From Dimorphilus gyrociliatus (Eukaryota > Animalia > Annelida): a DNA stretch of 64,000 nucleotides. A program made the translations under genes and the position numbers. The DNA lies in NCBI GenBank assembly GCA_904063045.1, contig CAJFCJ010000003.1, positions 2,962,504 to 3,026,503 of the forward strand. Reading direction: 5' to 3'. Of the stretch, positions 14,101-28,387 are shown piece by piece (positions within the stretch are counted from its first letter, which is position 1; every line of letters starts with the position of its first letter). The notes beneath the pieces are model-generated. The model saw only the letters and a list, made by a program, of their open reading frames with translations, was not told the origin of the DNA and did no database searches.

Positions 14101-15111
14101 GAGTTTCTTTTTAAATTATTTTTACAATAGTCGTTTTAATTTCTCTTCATAAGCCTTCCATCGTTCTTTTCTTTCTTTCTCTCTATCTTTGCTTTTCTTC
14201 CTGTCTCTCTATCGCTCGCTATATGCAGTTATTCCCTAATCCTATATGTTAAGTGTTAACAGATAGAGCTTAAAATTTGATTACAATTAGGAATCTTGAA
14301 CAAGGTTTAAATGTCATTGAAATTGAATTCATTTTTCAAATTACCTCAAATCCTCCTCTGAGATTCTCCAAGCGTGTTTATCGAGTTTTTAAGATAAAAA
14401 AATACTACAATTGGCTTTTTTTCAATTTTAGAAATAAAAGAAAAGAAGTTTTTATCATGAATTTGTATGACCAGTTTTGATTATGATTTATTGGATTAAA
14501 ATGAAAATTTACATGCTACTATTGTATTTGTTTTTTGCTAGAGTATAATATATGTTATATGCTATAACTATATATTAATTTATATATATATATATATCAG
14601 AAAAACGAGAAAAACAATTTCTGTTTTCTTGAAAATTACATCCTACGTTTTAACAATTATCATCCGGGTTTGTCATACTCTAGGATCTAGCGTATAGGGA
14701 GAGCATTTATCTCTAAGGCTAAAACTTTTGGAAGAATATGAATAGCAAAATGATGAGAAAGAAAATGAATAAAAAAGAAGAAAAAGAGACAAAAAAACAA
14801 TAGAGAATAAAAGTATATTTATAGAAATATAAGTCATACATATACAGTATATATATATATATATATATACATATAAATTATATATATCCATATAATTTTC
14901 GTTTGCTATTTATAGACAATTATCTTCTTCCTTGAACAATGGTTCATGAAGTAGAACTTTAAGATATCTATTTATAATTTAGAGCATTATAACTAATTTC
15001 ATAAATTAACAATACTTCTCTGATTGGAAAAGTCTTTTGACCTTTTTTATATAGTTCAGGTCAATGTTCGTTAGGAACGAGAATAGAGGTCGACATTCAT
15101 TAAGATTCGCT

Positions 15112-15127
15112 CCATCAGGTGGCGCTG
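15112..15127 (+). promoter_or_regulatory. CTCF-like motif CCATCAGGTGGCGCTG
   Basis: Close match to the CTCF core consensus CCASYAGRKGGCRS, about 40 bp upstream of the GPCR ATG. Motif match only. Confidence 0.5.
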
Positions 15128-15163
15128 TTGGCACTGAGCGGGACAGTTTTCCAAGAGAAGAGC

Positions 15164-16213
15164 ATGTCTTCAAATAAGACAGAGTTTTTTACTGCCTGCG
15201 TAACTTTTGATTTTATGATACAATCAGTTGGAATGGGAATATTGATAGTATTTGGTTTTACAGGAAATATATTGTCAATGATCTGTCTCAACCGAGATAG
15301 GAGTAAAACGGCTACTCCCTTTTTGCTGATATCTTTGGAAGTTGCTGATACGTTCTTCCTAGGATTTGCAGTATTGTTACGGGTCGTACCTTCAACAGCA
15401 ATTTATATTCTTTACCCAGGAGAGGCACCCAGTTCTCTTAATACTCTTCTATCATTCTGTGGAGCATACGTTTACCCTCTTGCTCTTGTATCAGAGACAA
15501 CTACTATCTATCTTACTCTACTTGTTACTGTAAATCGTTATGTAAGTGTCTGCAAACCGTATGAAGTGTCTAGGATTCGATCAGTAACACATGCACGGCG
15601 GTATGTATGTCTTATTGTTCTCCTCTCATTCGCCATCAATCTGCCTCGATTTTTTGAATATGATTATATTAGTACTGAAAATTCAACTCGTTCTGCTCGA
15701 ACGTCAATGGCTGATAATCACGTATATAAAATTGTTTATGCCAATAGCATCTATTGTTTAGTTATGTTTCTTGTACCTCTGACGACACTAATTATTCTCA
15801 ACCATCGTCTGATTAGGGCTTTGCGAGAAGCCAGACGTAAACGGGCACAACTACTCAATTCGGATACAAGCAGAAGTGAAGATGACATTACTCTTGTACT
15901 CATTGTTGTTGTTCTTGTTTTTGTCGTTTGCCAAACACCGGCGTTAGCGACACAAATATTACACAGCTTCTTAGAAGATGAACAGAAGGAGTGCCCAATG
16001 CCCTACTATTTTTACGAACGACTGAGTGACTTTATGGTAGTTGTTAACAGTTCTCTTAATTTTACAATTTATTGCTTTTGTTCTAAACGATTTCGACAAA
16101 TTCTCAAAAATCTAATTTGCAAAGTCAATTCGGAGATTCCTATGACAGAAATTACTCAACTTGATACAAAAATAGACAACGGTACCCAGACAGGTCGAAA
16201 GAGTCAGATGTAG
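15164..16213 (+). CDS. Class A peptide GPCR, FMRFamide/sex-peptide-receptor-like, single coding exon, 349 aa
   Basis: Uninterrupted ORF with 7 hydrophobic segments: GFTGNILS (TM1), LEVADTFFL (TM2), LVTVNRYVSVCKP (TM3), NLPRFFEY (TM4), FVVCQTPA (TM6), VVNSSLNFTIYCFCSKRFR (TM7). NLPRFFE and NSSxNFxIY are typical of this receptor group. First ATG is at 15164; the ORF track begins at an upstream GTG. Confidence 0.9.
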   Translation: MSSNKTEFFTACVTFDFMIQSVGMGILIVFGFTGNILSMICLNRDRSKTATPFLLISLEVADTFFLGFAVLLRVVPSTAIYILYPGEAPSSLNTLLSFCGAYVYPLALVSETTTIYLTLLVTVNRYVSVCKPYEVSRIRSVTHARRYVCLIVLLSFAINLPRFFEYDYISTENSTRSARTSMADNHVYKIVYANSIYCLVMFLVPLTTLIILNHRLIRALREARRKRAQLLNSDTSRSEDDITLVLIVVVLVFVVCQTPALATQILHSFLEDEQKECPMPYYFYERLSDFMVVVNSSLNFTIYCFCSKRFRQILKNLICKVNSEIPMTEITQLDTKIDNGTQTGRKSQM

Positions 16214-19200
16214 ACTGTAAGAGTCTTTCTCACGCTTATCAATATTCATTTATGCTCATTAAACAATTCCCTTTTTGACCAAAGTTTTGAGGTAAACGCC
16301 TAATGATCATCTCCTGTCAATCCTCAATCCTTTGATCCAAAGGAAAGTTTGAAACGTCACATTAGCAATGTATCTATTCAACGTGTTGTCCGACAACAGT
16401 TTATGCAGATTTAACAGGATGATATGTGATAAATACTGTAAATTGTGCCGTTTAGTAGTGATAAACGCGTGTTGTTTGAGAAAATTGTCTGAGACTTTCA
16501 AGTGAAGGCGTTCGTATAAGAGTCAATTATAAAGTAAAGTGCAGATTTCTTTCCACAGCTGACTACAGCGTTAGTGACATTTCGCTTATTCAACAATTGA
16601 TATTTCCTTAATCCTACGTGTTCTATGATTCGCCAGTTGAATGTACACCAGTCATTTAAACAAGTTGTGACACTTTTCGCTCAATCTAATCCGCTCTTGC
16701 TTTCTTAATAAACATCGTTAAGCATTCGATTTGAGCTTTTGTTTGTCAAAGCTGGCAAGGTGTTCGCTAATTTTAAAAAGAAATGAAAAGAAAGAAAACT
16801 ATAGTTTCTAATGTTTATTCCTGAATATTTTTCATTATAATTATTATATTTTCTATTTCAATACATATTGTTTATGATTCTTATTCATATTTTATACTTT
16901 ATTTTATTAAGGTATTAGTTAAACAAAAGGTTTTCTGAGAAATTACTTTTCTTTTAATCAATGTTTCCCTTTAGTACTCTATTATATAATTACTTTTATA
17001 ACATATAGTAAAATGAATGTAAAATACCTATTTATTCATTTAATAAAACCATAATAAGGTCATTAGTTCTCATTATAATTAAAGTAAAGCAAACAAGATA
17101 AAAAAAAAACTTGGCCTTTTTTTAACCTATTAAAAAGAGACAAACTCTTCTTATCTTTTACTGCCATATTAATCTCAGTAAAAGATGTCTTCTAAAGAGA
17201 AAAAAGAAAAACGTAGAAAGTGAAAAAAGAGTTTGAAAGTCTTTTAACATTTGAATAAGACAGGGAAGCAAAGAGAAAAGTTTTACAAAATACTAATCTT
17301 CTACTCATAGACTTAAAATCATTATTTAGCTAATTTCGTGTTTAAATACTACGAACAAGTCAGGTTTTTTATGTTATACAATTGAAATTTGTTCACTTTA
17401 TTGACGTGAAAAAATTCTTTTTAAAGACTATGATTAAACAATCGAATTCAATCAATTTTAGATCCCAGTGAGAGTTGGCTAAGAATCTAAAAAGAATTTA
17501 CCTTATACAGCTCCCTTTTTGTCCCTTTTATTTTTTTCAAATTATCTTTATAGCTTATAGAATAGCCTTCTAGAGTAATCTCTCTTTGAAAAGTACAATA
17601 AAGCTATTTATTATTTTTACTTGGATGCTAACATAAAACTAAAATAACAAACATATTTTACTATAGATATACAGATAGAGAAATGGAAGGCAGGAGAATT
17701 AAGGAGAAAAATAAAGTAAAGATGAGGTCTAAAGATGAGAAGAAAATTGTATACTTTATATATATAATCTATTCTATACAATAGCATAGAATTTAGGGTA
17801 TTGGTGATTTTTTTTTTATTTTAATTTCCCTATCGATCATTTGATTTCTTTGGAAGAAGCAATGAAAGAACATCAAGCATACGGATCAACTTATACTTTC
17901 TATTTCTTTGATACAAAGTGGGAGGAAAATAATCAAATTCCAATCACAATCTTAGCCCTAAAGGATTCGTTTACCATCGAGTATATTCGATTGCTGCTAT
18001 AAAAGTGAAAAAGAATATTTAGAGTTAGTTGCTCAGTTATAAATATATAGGCTTCAAAAATGTTTCCAATCCATTCATTAATATATGATAAGTTTCTGAT
18101 AAATATGAACATATAAATATATTATCAACGGTTGGCTAGTTATTGTATTTATATACGTACAAGATAAAAATCGAACCATCAGGTTAATCGATGTGACGGA
18201 TGAGTAGTTCTGTTATCTACGGTCATCTTTTTTGTGGAAGAGGAAAAGAGGGAGAGTAGGAAAGAGGGAAATGGGAATAGGAGGAAAAATGCCTAAAAAG
18301 TAATTTGAATTTTCTATACTTCTCCTTAGAATATATAACATACTGATTATATATACTAATATATATATATATATATATATATATACTATATACACTGTAG
18401 ATCTCTTCAATTGCCCTTAAACCGCATACTATACTTATAGTAGCATGTATTTTAAAAGATTAAGAGTAAAGTAACAATTTTAATCGCGTACTCTAAAACT
18501 CTTTATAGTTAAGAAAGAGTCTTTCGCTATTTTCTGTTGAAAGAACAAGAGAATAAACTAAGACTATACGAAATATCTATTCGGTTGTAAGGGATACTTA
18601 ATTATACCATATATAATAGCTAAAAATAGTTAAAAAAAACTAATTAACTCACACAGGATGCTTGGATACGTATTACAAAGTGATAAAAACACTTTTCTTA
18701 TTGTACTATTAAGTTTTGATACCAACTCCTAAAGGTACAACTATCCAAATGAAAATACGGCTCAACAGAAAAGCAAAGTTCGTATAGTAAAAAAAAAAGA
18801 CACTCGTTGAAAAAATTTTTATCCATGTAAATTCCATTAAAAAGGTCCATAGACTTGGTTAAATGAAAAAATGTCATTGCTCTAATCAAACCGATAGTGA
18901 GCGATGAATGTCGAGCATGACTGCGCACCGAGTGGATAATTCATAAATAAACAACGACAAACAATAACCAAGACCATTAGTGTGTGCTGTAGTACATAAA
19001 GGGCGAAATTGGCGTCGAATTTCTCTCCCTTTTAAGAACATTACATTTTATGGGGATTTAAGATATAAGATGCTTAATCTACTTCCTAGTATTGCGATAA
19101 TTGATGATTGGTTAAAAGATTTGTTTATTTTATCTATACTTAACAAAGGGATTTATAAAATTAGCTTTTCAGTAAGAAACACGTACGTTATTTCTTGCGC

Positions 19201-21896
19201 TGGGAATTTTTTGCTTAACAGAATCAATTCTTGTCTTCTGCAATTCTCTTCTAGAGAAAAATTTCTCTCGCAACCTTTATTAATTTTATTCTATTATACA
19301 TTTCCTTTTCTCTTCATAAAGTGTCTATAGACCAAAATCATTATCATTACTACTAAATTACCTGTAGAAGTAAATCATATATCATACATAAGTATTTAAA
19401 ACTAAATACTATACCGTCTAAAGATTGTAGTGGATAAGAAAGTATCATTATCTATATTTCTGCATCATTTATATGCAATATATATATATAAGCATTATAT
19501 ATTAATATAATATAACCTATCATATATTTGATATATAACCTTTAACACTCTCTTTTACTTCTTCTGAAGCTTAAGAACTCTGACAAAGATAACACAAGAT
19601 TATCTGGACATGTAAAAAAAAAGAAACATAAACAAGTCGTTATTATCCATTGAGCAGAATTACAACCAATTCTTTTAAAGACACCCTTCAAATTTGACAT
19701 TTTTGACAATATGCTTAAGTACAAAAGGTGGAAGAGTTCACGCAAAATTCGCCACGTAAAATAGATGATGGGATAATATAACGCTTCTTGAGCTTTAAGA
19801 GCTCAAGATTAGGTTATGAGGCATGTGTTTCTTTCAGATGGATGGAAATTTTACAACATACTTTATTTACTCTAATAGTTCTGGAAAGAATTTATATAAT
19901 CTCTTTTATTATAGCGAATAGAAAAGAAAAGAGGAAAAAAGAAATAACAAAACAAAAGACCTAAATAAACAATGAATACGGGAAAAAATTGAGTTTAATT
20001 ATAAGAATAAAATACTAATTGTTGTTTATCAATTAAAAATCATTAAAGGAGGAAAAACCTGATACTGTTCAAAGTATAAATACTCTGAAATTTTTCTATC
20101 TATAGTATTTTTATTCGATTTCAGTAAAGGATATTAAGAAATTGAAAACCTCTTTCATTGTTAATAGTATCTTCTTAACAGATTTTTTCTACAGTCTGGT
20201 ATGTAGACTGTATAGTCTTTCAAGAATCAATAGTCTGATTAAAATCCAAAGGGGTTTGACCGAATATATATTTATATATGTACTTATATATATCAAGTTA
20301 TATATATGCACTTTATGCTTGAGAGAATATTTACTACTACAGTATATAAAGGTACTTATATTTAAATATTTGTATCATTGTCAAATTATTATTATGTACG
20401 TACATAAAAATATAGCTATAGCTCACGCAAACACGCGATAAAACCATAGGATCGAGGGGACTGCGTAGTATGGTCCATAAATATAAATATATATATATAT
20501 ATATATATACTGTATACAGGATATATAAATCTACAACAAATAGAGTGTGTGATTTACATGTTCTACATTTGTATGCAGACAATCTCTCTTCTCTCTCATT
20601 TGAGTTACGTATTTTGTTTAATTTTTTATATAATAGTTTTAATTAGGATGCTTTTTTTAAAAAATTAATAAAAACTAGTCCATTTTTTTTATTAAGAAAA
20701 ATATTTAAAAACTTTAATAATAGCTTAATAATTAAAAAGTTATATGTTTATGAAAATGTATCTAAAACCATTAGCTAATGTAGTTTAGATAACGAATTTT
20801 TCAAAAAAGCAGCGTTGAATGTCGTTCTTATAGTGGTAGCAACAACTTCAACGCTTTTTTCCAGTCGACCGGAAACCTATTGGCGTGAACACGCAATTTG
20901 TCGTGTCGTCTACTGTTTCTAGCAAGCAGACCTTCCATTATCTTATTTTTATCGAAAATTTTCGGATTACCATCATGTGTGCGAGAGCATGTTTAATCTC
21001 CTATCGTCTAATCCACTTTGTGCACTACTACATAATCTACTTAAATTTCCGCCTACCTACCTCTAGCTATACATGACTGACAACAACAATGTTTAATCCT
21101 ATTGTTATCCCTATCCTAAACAGTTTAAATACGTGACCATTAAAACTACAACTTTGAAAACAATCTACAAAGAAACAGCATGTCAAATCAGCTAGCAAAA
21201 CGTATAAGTTGAATGAAGATGGTTAAAAGTTGATATAATAGTGGTAATTATCGAAAATAAAGATTAAAATTTATAACATATCTTGAATATATTAAAATAT
21301 AATTTATTATTAAATAAATAAGATATTTGTATCTCTAATAGGCGTTATTATCTGCTAAGCATTTTTATTCATCTTCAATTAATAACTTTTCAATAACTAT
21401 TTATTAAAATAAAGTGTGCATATATGAATAATATAAAATATACTATATAAGTATATACATATATATACTCTATATAGAAAAATAGTTAAAAAAAAGCGGG
21501 GGAGAGGAGGAGGAGGAGGAGGGAAAGAGTAAATCTAGCAACAACCATATACCATAGTAAAAATTTCATTGATTTTTTTTCTTTTTTATCGAACTAGTCA
21601 TATTTTATTTCTAAGAAATAATACATAAAAAATTTTATTCTGATGTTTTAATTATAAATTTTCTATATTTTCTTTCTATTTCTTTGTAAAAAAAGAAAGG
21701 AAAAAACGAGAGAATTTTTACATTTTCTATTTTAATTCATAAAATATATTCTATATTGTTAATTTATGAGGACAATTTCTCTATTTGTATATACTATGTA
21801 TATGGATTTTTTGTATTTTTTTATGGAGTAAAAAAATATGAGAATAATTGTTAAAGGTATATATTTTACTATATAGACAGAAATCTACGTACATAC

Positions 21897-21927
<31 letters not shown>

Positions 21928-22770
21928 GAACTCTTTACAATCTTTATCATAAACATAACAAGTCCTTTTACTATAAATGGTACAAGATGTTTTAGATATT
22001 ATTATTAATTCAATAATACAGACACAAAAAGCAGTTTGTTTTACAACAACAGACAGTTACAGGGTAAAAAATAGGACTAAATAAAGATTAATCACCGATT
22101 CTTAGTCAACTTGTTTGTGTAAAAACAAAGATTTTCTCTCTTTTGTAAACAATATCTTTACTCTAAAGAAATCTAACTTTTGCAAAACCTTAGAATGCTA
22201 AAGTAGCAACTAATTTATTAAATGTTTATTATAGAAAAAAAAGGTTAACAAGAGATGATTATCAAGAAAACAAACACGATTAACTGAAGAGTTTGTCATT
22301 TCGAAGCCGGGAGTCACAACTTGCCTCAAGCTTTTAAAACGGAAGCCGATTAACTAGAACATAGCGCCTTCAAGGCTTGCCTCAGCTTATATTATACAGT
22401 CAATTGTTTTTTTTCATTAATCGTTATAATTTTAATTCTAAACAATGATTGTCTCTCTTTAAAACTATTCATTTTCCGTTTACTCTTAAAGAAACCTTTA
22501 AGATTTGTATGCATATTCAGTATGTTGTATATACCATGCTCTACAATATTCTGCATAGAATTTCTTTTCTACGGGTAAGTTCTACTATTATTATTATTGA
22601 GACCAATCACTAAAGAGAAAAGTATTGTATGGTATTAGTACCTGCTACACATACATACACACACACTCACACAAATATATATACTGTATATTTATCTATA
22701 TATACAAATATAGTGTAGTTTATACATAAATATAGACTGTGCATATGTAGTATACTTTCCAAATTATTGA

Positions 22771-22810
<40 letters not shown>

Positions 22811-23295
22811 TACATACTGTAAATTTATAATGTGTACATACGTGTTCTAATGTGTTTCTTCTTTTATGCAACAGTCTACAATGTACATTCGTAAATAGTA
22901 CTTGATACATGGTTATAAGAAAGAATATCAAAGAACAATAGAATATATATTTCTATAAATGATAAATTGATAAAGTATATTTTTTAATTGATAAGTCAAT
23001 ATAATAAACAGTTTGATATAAATTGAATAATGAAGATAATACATATTTAAACAGTTATGAAAACTAAAAAGTTTTCTGAGTAATACTTTTATGTACAAAA
23101 AGGATGCCAAACATTACCCTTTTGCTTGTTTGAATAAGATTTAGCTAAGGCTTATTAGGAAAATAATTATGGGTTATATTTAGTTTTTCTTTCTTTTTAC
23201 ATTAATATCTGTTTTAGGATTTTCTTTATTGTTTGCTGATGCTTCTTTTAGTGCTAGTTTATATATATATCTAAATATATTAGTATAAGTACAAT

Positions 23296-23298
<3 letters not shown>

Positions 23299-23347
<49 letters not shown>
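23299..23347. repeat. (AT)n microsatellite ending in TACAGTA
   Basis: About 24 perfect AT units followed directly by CAGTA. Confidence 0.95.
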
Positions 23348-23350
<3 letters not shown>

Positions 23351-25044
23351 TATACATATATCTTATTTGCCATCTTTATTTTCCTGTGGAGTACGAAAAC
23401 ACACTGGAAAATTTTGTTTGGCCAAGGATGTAATCTGGTCCAAGACATCTTTTAGCATGATTTATTTATATCATAAGAGAGAAATACTGCTCTTTCTCGC
23501 TCCCATTACAACTGAAAAGAGTCTATTTTCTTATGCAATAAATATTTCAGTATTTAGCAGAAAACATTTGAAATTGTCTGCAATACACTGCAAAACACAA
23601 TGAAGAGATTGACAGTTGGTGAAGAATATTACTACAATTATTTTTTAAGTATCTATATATTTATTAATACATATATACTGTATATTATACAGTATAAACA
23701 CACAAGCCTATTTCAAATTCTTATTGTTATCACACCGTTAGTATAATCTTTAAGAATTTAATATAATACAAATTACAAATTCTATTATATTTTGTAAATG
23801 TATATTTTCTACTGATGTCTCCAGACCTAGATAATTAGTATAATGGAAAGAATCAGTTCCTTGACATTTATGAATGTCTCTGCCTTGAGGATACGTAAAT
23901 ACTGATCTACCAAAAAAACAAGAGAGAAAATAAAAACATCTACCTTTATATATTCTATTAACAGGCAGGGATAATTTAAAGAAGAGAAAAGAGCGAAACA
24001 AAAGGTGGAATAAAGATAATTAAAACAAACAAAATAAAAAAGCACAATGCAAAAGACAAATACAAAAAAAAGCTTACTCTCAAGTAAAACAATAGGGAAA
24101 AAATTGTCAATATAAAATATAAAGTTCATACAGTGTTTTAAAGATAATATATATATAAATCATAAAAAATATAGAATAAATATTTAATAATTTTTTCATC
24201 TAAAACAGAATATGACAATAAATTCATAAAAGACCTCGAGGTTAGGAAAATTGCAAGAAAGGAAAGTAAATTTCTGTCATAAAATTGTCATTAGATGAGG
24301 ACAAGGAGGAGGAGAAGGAGACGAAGAAGAAAATAGGTAAAAGAAGGTGTGGGCGGTAGATATGAAAAAATAAGCATAAAAAATGGCAATCGGAAGCAAA
24401 TAAATATAAATTTATATGCAATATACTAATATATTTATAAACATACATATTGTATATATTCTTATGTTGTTCATTTATCCAGTATATATAAAACGAACAA
24501 CAAAAGGTTTTTTTATAATGCATAGATGCTACTTTTTCCAACAAATGTTAATCCTTATTAGTAGAGTTTAAAGTTTTAATAAAAATTCATGCCATTTTCG
24601 AAGTAATCTACAGATTGTAAAGAAAAGTCAAGTAACAAAATATATATGCATCTTTACCTTTATTATCTATTTATCGTATGTAAAATGTATTTTATGTAAA
24701 TATACAATACATATAATATATCTATAGACCTATATGATTATTCGATGCGTCCTGTATGTTTTCATATAGATAATAAACGCGTACATGTACTTAAAAAACA
24801 TATAGTCGTCTTAATAAAGTTATTATAGAGAATATAGATACGTGAATACAAGCGCTCTGTCAATCTCTTTAGCAACATGGCCCATGTTCAATATAAAGTA
24901 CTCTCATTAATTAGAAATCTTTCACCATGTTCTACATCCCTTCTAAAGAATTATTCTATATGTGGTCTAAAACTGCTGTCTCCTTCTAGTTCCATCTATC
25001 TATCTTTCTATCATTCTCTCTATCTCTTTTTCTATCCCTCCCCC

Positions 25045-25090
25045 TCCCTCTTTTTCTCTCTCTCTCTCTCCCTCCCTCCCTCCCTCCCTT

Positions 25091-25148
<58 letters not shown>
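25045..25148. repeat. CT-rich / (CT)n polypyrimidine tract
   Basis: CCCT and CT repeats, ending in a long perfect (CT)n run. Confidence 0.95.
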
Positions 25149-25153
<5 letters not shown>

Positions 25154-25695
25154 GTATATATATTTTCTCGCTTTATCTGTCCTTCTACATCTCTCTACTA
25201 CTTCTCTATTTCCTTAATTATATTTAATCCATTATACAATCTAGCATAATATCTTGAGGGTAGAGTTGAAAAACTTTTGAAGGTTCTTATATTTGAGAAT
25301 ATGTAAATAACAATAATGCCCATTTTGAAGGGCATGGAAAAAGAAATCTCTTAGAAAATCCTTAATTCAAACATCCGGAAAGTCTACGTTAAAATTGTAC
25401 TCGTCTTATTCTACTTAACCGGAAAGAAATAATGGAGCAGGATGGACTTGTTTGATTAGGAAAAACGACCGCTCCCTACTTTTACACCTTCTTCACACTA
25501 TATAGAGCCTAGTGCGTTTTCGATAAAGCATTATGCGATTCACTGAAACTAACTAGAGTAGATAGGGCCTAATTGCCCTCAATATTTTTTCCTAATTGCC
25601 CTTATATCTCGACTTAGAAACAATAATTGGGTGGTTCTCTACTCTCTCTGATATTCTATAGATAGTATATGGATTTGGAATAATACCCGGTCTTG

Positions 25696-25696
<1 letters not shown>

Positions 25697-25734
<38 letters not shown>
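25697..25734. repeat. (TA)n microsatellite
   Basis: Perfect TA run. Confidence 0.95.
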
Positions 25735-25738
<4 letters not shown>

Positions 25739-26199
25739 TCTATATAACAGTTTAATAGCATAGACTATAAATATACAATTAATAATAACTAAATGAATGT
25801 AAATATAGGTTTCAATGACAAATATAATTTGACAATATAAAAGTAACATTTTAATATTAATTCAACTATATCGTGGTTAATATAAATGTATACTTATGAA
25901 AACGGCAAGTATTCACTATTAAATTCTTCAAGTAAATTTTAAAGAAAGAAAATTTTAAAGAAAGAAACGAAATATCTTTATTTTATTATTAATTAGGTTA
26001 AGGAGGATAGTCCTTGCTTATATTAAACAATACCGTTTAATTTTTGAATAGGGTATCATCGAATAACCTCTTATCAATAGATGGTATTATGGATTTATCT
26101 TCTCTCTTTCTTCTCCTATTTTTTCCCTTTTCTTCCATCTGTATTTGGACAACTTCTCTAACCTCTTTTATTCAATAGAATAGGAATTACGAAACTGTC

Positions 26200-26850
26200 T
26201 GACATCGTAAACTTTTTTCAGTATGTAAATGTCTAAAAATTTTTTAATGGAATACAAGTCTTGGGAATAACGAAGCCTTTCAACGACTATGATATTAAAT
26301 TTTCCTGAAGAAAATCTATGAAATTTTATTCGTCAGGAAGTTTCTTTTAATAAAAAAGAACAAATTTCTTTTCTCGTACGAAAAGCTAGTTTTAAAAAAC
26401 ATGAGTTACACATTTAGAGCTTTAGGGTAACCTCTTCATCAGAACAAATAAAGTTCCCATACCATCAGTTCCTTTTGTTACCCCTCGGGTATTTTTCTCC
26501 CTAAGCTTTTTGGTATGTCATAAAGCTAACAGGTCAGAAAATTTATTCCGTCCTTTCGAATCAACTATGGCTTAACCTATCTAGCTTATTTCATCTGGAG
26601 ATGAAACACCTAATGTCATCTTAATACGGATATCTATAGAGAAAGAGATATAGATCGGTTTTCCTATTACAATAATTCTTAAATTAGTCCTTAACTTTCA
26701 TTAGAGTATGTAATTCCTTTTTGAAATCCTTCCTTCCTTAACAATGTCTTTCCGATTCTTTATATTATTGCAATGGCTTTCGGCATTTTACACCTTTCCG
26801 ACAGTTCTTAGAGAAAATTTCCTGCTGCGCTGTTGACTTTCATCGCTCTT
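26200..26850 (-). mobile_element. Possible second, heavily eroded Tc1-like remnant
   Basis: Minus-strand fragments in different frames appear in the expected order: KFSLRTVGKV*N...KEGRISK (paired-like HTH/GRPR-like), WYGNFICSDEE (W-x4-I-x-SDE, first catalytic D-like) and FSSGKFNIIVV. I recognised no DN or NPIE motif, so support is weak. Confidence 0.3.
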
Positions 26851-27361
26851 AGATTATACTCGACGAAATAATAAAGTTTTTGATCCGAAGATATATTCAT
26901 ATTTAATATATAACAATAATTATATATGCATTTTTAATTACAAAATTTGTCTATAGGAGAGATTAGTTCATTAAATTAGTCCCATTAATGCAAAATTGAT
27001 ATTTTAATAATATTTAATTAAACTCCAATGGAAATGTTAAAAATCTTTTGTTTAATTAGTTGTGTATATATTTTTTGAAATGTCAATTTTATCCTATACA
27101 TCCATAAAAAAACTACACCAACAAAATTAACTGATCTTTATATCAAAAATAGTAAACACAAAAACCGAAAAAAGATGCTAATATCCTTATAAACAGTATA
27201 TAAGGAATATTCTATATACAACGTTCTAATATACTGTAAATGCTTTGTATTTTAGTATTTTATAATAATAAAAATGAAATAATGATGTAAAATATGCAAA
27301 ACAATGCAAAAGAATATTATTAACTATTGTAAAATATATAAATATATACATATATATACCG

Positions 27362-27419
<58 letters not shown>

Positions 27420-28356
27420 ATATAAGGGACAGCCTTAATTAATCGACCGCGACAAATGCTTGCGTGTATGCAAATGGGGGAAAAATGGGGATTAAACGAG
27501 CCAGTTTTCGGTGTAAAATACTTTTTAAAATCAAACAGAACCTGAATTTCTATGGTCCTTTCAGTTTGGTCTTCTATATTCTAAAATATTGAATGAAAGT
27601 GAAATAAATAAATTATTTTTATCTTTTTTAAAAGATTGCGCAATGTTTAAGAAAAGGGGTTAAATGGATGGATTAAATTCATATATAAATATAATACCCT
27701 ATAAATGTATGTGTAATATAACCTTGGTATGAAATGCATACATTTTATATAAGAGTGAAACACCCTGGTTTGAAGCATTATAACTGTTTTGAATTACTCG
27801 CCAACGTCATTAAAATAAGACACCTGCACCTGATGTATAATTTCACTGCATACAGCTTGTTATATCACTTCCCTTACTTTTACACTATTATTTCTCCTGA
27901 AGAATAGAGTATTAACAAGAAAAGTAGCATATCAAAATTAACTAATTCGTAGAATCATGTAAACATTAAATGATAGCAAAAAACTAATATGACTGTGTTT
28001 GAAATTCAAATATCAACTCTATAGATGAATTTAAGAATGACATTTCATGCATTGTGCATGTTTCAAATGTTGATTTAAATATAAATGCTTTAGTATATAT
28101 AAATATACTATATATGTTGCTTGCCATTATTAAGCAATGTTCTTACCAGCTATATCATTAAAGGAAGCTCGATATCATAGCATAGATCTCTCAATGGCTA
28201 GGAAAACTGTTCACATACAGTGATATTAAAAAAAAAACATAATGTAAATAAATCAACATATAGGAAAGTGATCTTTATGGGGCTGCTGGTATGGCGAATA
28301 GATTTAAGGAGGCTAACAGTATTCTGAAAACGACATCTTTGATATCATACTTATAC

Positions 28357-28387
<31 letters not shown>

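Noticed and set aside
17832-18002. 57-codon open stretch IDHLISLEEAMKEHQAYGSTYTFYFFDTKWEEN...
   Set aside because: It looks protein-like but has no acceptor, donor or recognisable homology.
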